Source of the DNA: Nemertoderma westbladi
Taxonomy: Eukaryota > Animalia > Xenacoelomorpha
Length of the DNA stretch: 37,388 nt
Assembly: GCA_032718475.1 (NCBI GenBank)
Contig: JAUCBJ010007072.1
Span: 1 to 37,388, forward strand
Direction: 5' to 3'
A model generated the notes under the pieces. That model ran no database searches. It was not told the DNA's origin and saw only the letters and a list, made by a program, of their open reading frames with translations. Of the stretch, positions 36,501 through 37,388 are shown in pieces. Numbering within the stretch: position 1 is the stretch's first letter; each line of letters begins with the position of its first letter. Both the position numbers and the translations under genes were made by a program.

Positions 36501-37388
36501 TATCTCGAGGATGGGTGAGTGGGTTTGGGGTACGCTACTGGTTACTAAATTGGAGTGCAGAGGGATGGGGGATGATGAATGTCTGGTGTGAGTGAATGTG
36601 GGTGGTGTGGTCAGGTGATTGGTGGAAGCTGGCTGAGCAGTGATAGGGGTGGTTGTCCTTGGAATGTCAGCTTCAGTTTGTGGGTGACAGGGGGGGATGA
36701 AGGATGGATCTCCATTGCTGGGGGGAGGGGTGTCTTGTGTCGGGGGGTCATTGTATGGAGGGGGTGCTGAGTGTGTGGGGATGCCGACGGCAGACACAGG
36801 GTGGGCTGGATGTTGGTTGGTGAAGTCCTGGACCATGGGAGTAGTGTTGGAGGGTGACGGCGGGTGGGAAGAGGTAGGGGTGATTAGGTGGGACTTAGGT
36901 GGGATGAGTAACATGTTACTAGTTACCGTTTTCTGAAGATCAACCCTGAAGGAATCCATCTCCATGTCATTGGTGGCAAAATGTGAACCCCCTTCAAGGA
37001 GAACCTTGGCAAAGTGGGCGACATAAACTCCACAATTGTAACTGTTGTGCTGTAGACGGGAGGATATGGGGTACACAACAGAGAGGCAGTCCTGGCTAAT
37101 ATTTCCCCATCTGGCAGACTCGAGGGATGCCCATCTACTTAGGGCATCCACTTGTCGGACACCCCTGCTCCCATAGGAGTCCAGAAAGGAGATCAGTCTC
37201 TTGGGGGGTTGATATACGCCCAAGGACCAATGGGTACCACCTAGGTTAATAGGGAATAGGATCATAGTGTAGCTGTGTATGTCAACCTTAGTGGTCCATC
37301 TCCTAACAAGGTTGTAGCCGTGTTCAGGTGAGAGTAGGTAGTCAATGAACTGGGAGTTAAACACTTTGATCGGACCGATGGTAGATTG
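33522..37388 (-). CDS. CRE-like non-LTR retrotransposon polyprotein: Ulp1/C48 peptidase + SAP + RT + CCHC + restriction-like endonuclease (5' end outside window)
   Basis: Frame is open to base 37388. Motifs: Ulp1 (THWSL, FLDS, QHNSYNCG), SAP (LKVSDLKLQLKSRGLPTTGKKEVLKARL), RT (GGLRPIAVGE, DFSNAFN, GVQQGDPLGP, WYLDD), CPVC...HQVGC, RHD, RPADI...DVTV...K. Confidence 0.92.
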   Translation of the reverse strand, partial: QSTIGPIKVFNSQFIDYLLSPEHGYNLVRRWTTKVDIHSYTMILFPINLGGTHWSLGVYQPPKRLISFLDSYGSRGVRQVDALSRWASLESARWGNISQDCLSVVYPISSRLQHNSYNCGVYVAHFAKVLLEGGSHFATNDMEMDSFRVDLQKTVTSNMLLIPPKSHLITPTSSHPPSPSNTTPMVQDFTNQHPAHPVSAVGIPTHSAPPPYNDPPTQDTPPPSNGDPSFIPPCHPQTEADIPRTTTPITAQPASTNHLTTPPTFTHTRHSSSPIPLHSNLVTSSVPQTHSPILEIDTLKVSDLKLQLKSRGLPTTGKKEVLKARLLNATAPSPPINTHHPTCPGVSSSQQPTSASHAPHLPSLGASSASLPSIDSILRMKIPTLRHIPKACRDLWADVVSGVFESICSDPLNPINWVPAFLLSPCILANPKRAGRCHWKDIEKLVKSRLRKWLNGDILSLWEESCSNYSASRKPKRLSKPTPESIRESNARRARRAMADGQYSKAAQALTSQGLAELTEDTFIEMLSKHPQPQVPSLPCGPVPPPALIPAAAISKAIKSFPPGSSPGPSQLRPTHLKEVISAPSPSKANRALTALTNASNHMASGQVPPTILPYLCGASLYPCVKKGGGLRPIAVGETLRRMVSKCLSSSVSSAASTLLCPLQVGVATPNGCEAVVRAISSTLEDPTIPADSKWVLLVDFSNAFNNIDRSNMFVEVREHMPSISAWIEACYGAQGVLWLGDRKILSCSGVQQGDPLGPLAFSLAGHPVAERIRDEIPGLLIHVWYLDDVSLCGSPADLLKALKILEEAGYPRGLHLNHSKSQLFIPESSASVPNPLPTSIPVLSKGFILLGSPIGPESFCEASLRGRVEKVRSIIKLLPDLKDSQMEMTLLRSCLSLPKVVFALRCCPPYLIQDATAQFDSVIHAALSDLVGGSLSSWSANKAVLPTSMGGVGLRGAADHAPAAYIASVCQCEALVSQILHHAPFNPHITPTLSSLAQAAKESDWSTLEALPSPITQRQLSHSIDLALFDDLISNAPDHRSKALANSSSLPHAGDWLHTIPSERLGLHFLDAEYRHSICYWLGIRMSSSTYPCPVCSSPADPYGDHQVGCGGDGDRIARHDSLRGAIFLAAQSAALAPRSEVPGLIPGSRSRPADIFLPNWHRSQPMALDVTVISPLQALTLNGAATDPGYAQSIARNRKLAAHADECRSSGVGFTPLVVEALGGWDPHSSSTIREIARLQGLRRGTPTGDSIRHLFQRLSVILWRGNSSMWLRRSPTFPPSVDGVL

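Noticed and set aside
33574-36936. Short overlapping ORFs inside the CRE-like ORF
   Set aside because: Alternate-frame or antisense by-products of GC-rich coding sequence.

Overview
Repeat-dense animal-type eukaryotic DNA (host not identifiable from sequence alone). Two probable host genes are visible: an intronless class A-like 7TM GPCR (6810-8048, -) and a small secreted PAN/apple-like protein (28677-28976, +). Most of the rest is mobile or repetitive DNA. LTR family A has ~1.2-kb LTRs at 3415-4609 and 23039-24239. LTR family B has ~550-640-bp LTRs and includes a complete, recent, pol-less 6.8-kb element at 9299-16124 with a TATAT TSD, plus three more LTR copies. There are also three truncated or deleted copies of an RTE-type LINE with (TAG)n tails, a CRE-like RLE non-LTR retrotransposon ORF (Ulp1 protease + SAP + RT + RLE), MITEs, a tRNA-derived SINE head and a 2.75-kb 39-bp satellite. 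The most striking observation is that both LTR elements retaining a 5' LTR lack a tRNA-type (TGG...) primer-binding site. Instead, the bases abutting the LTR are complementary to a segment inside their own LTR (15/15 nt in A; 9 nt plus 7 nt in B). This is a self-priming signature established for Tf1/sushi chromoviruses, seen here in elements of which one carries BEL/Pao-like Gag knuckles. All alignments were done by eye, so coordinates may be off by a few bases.
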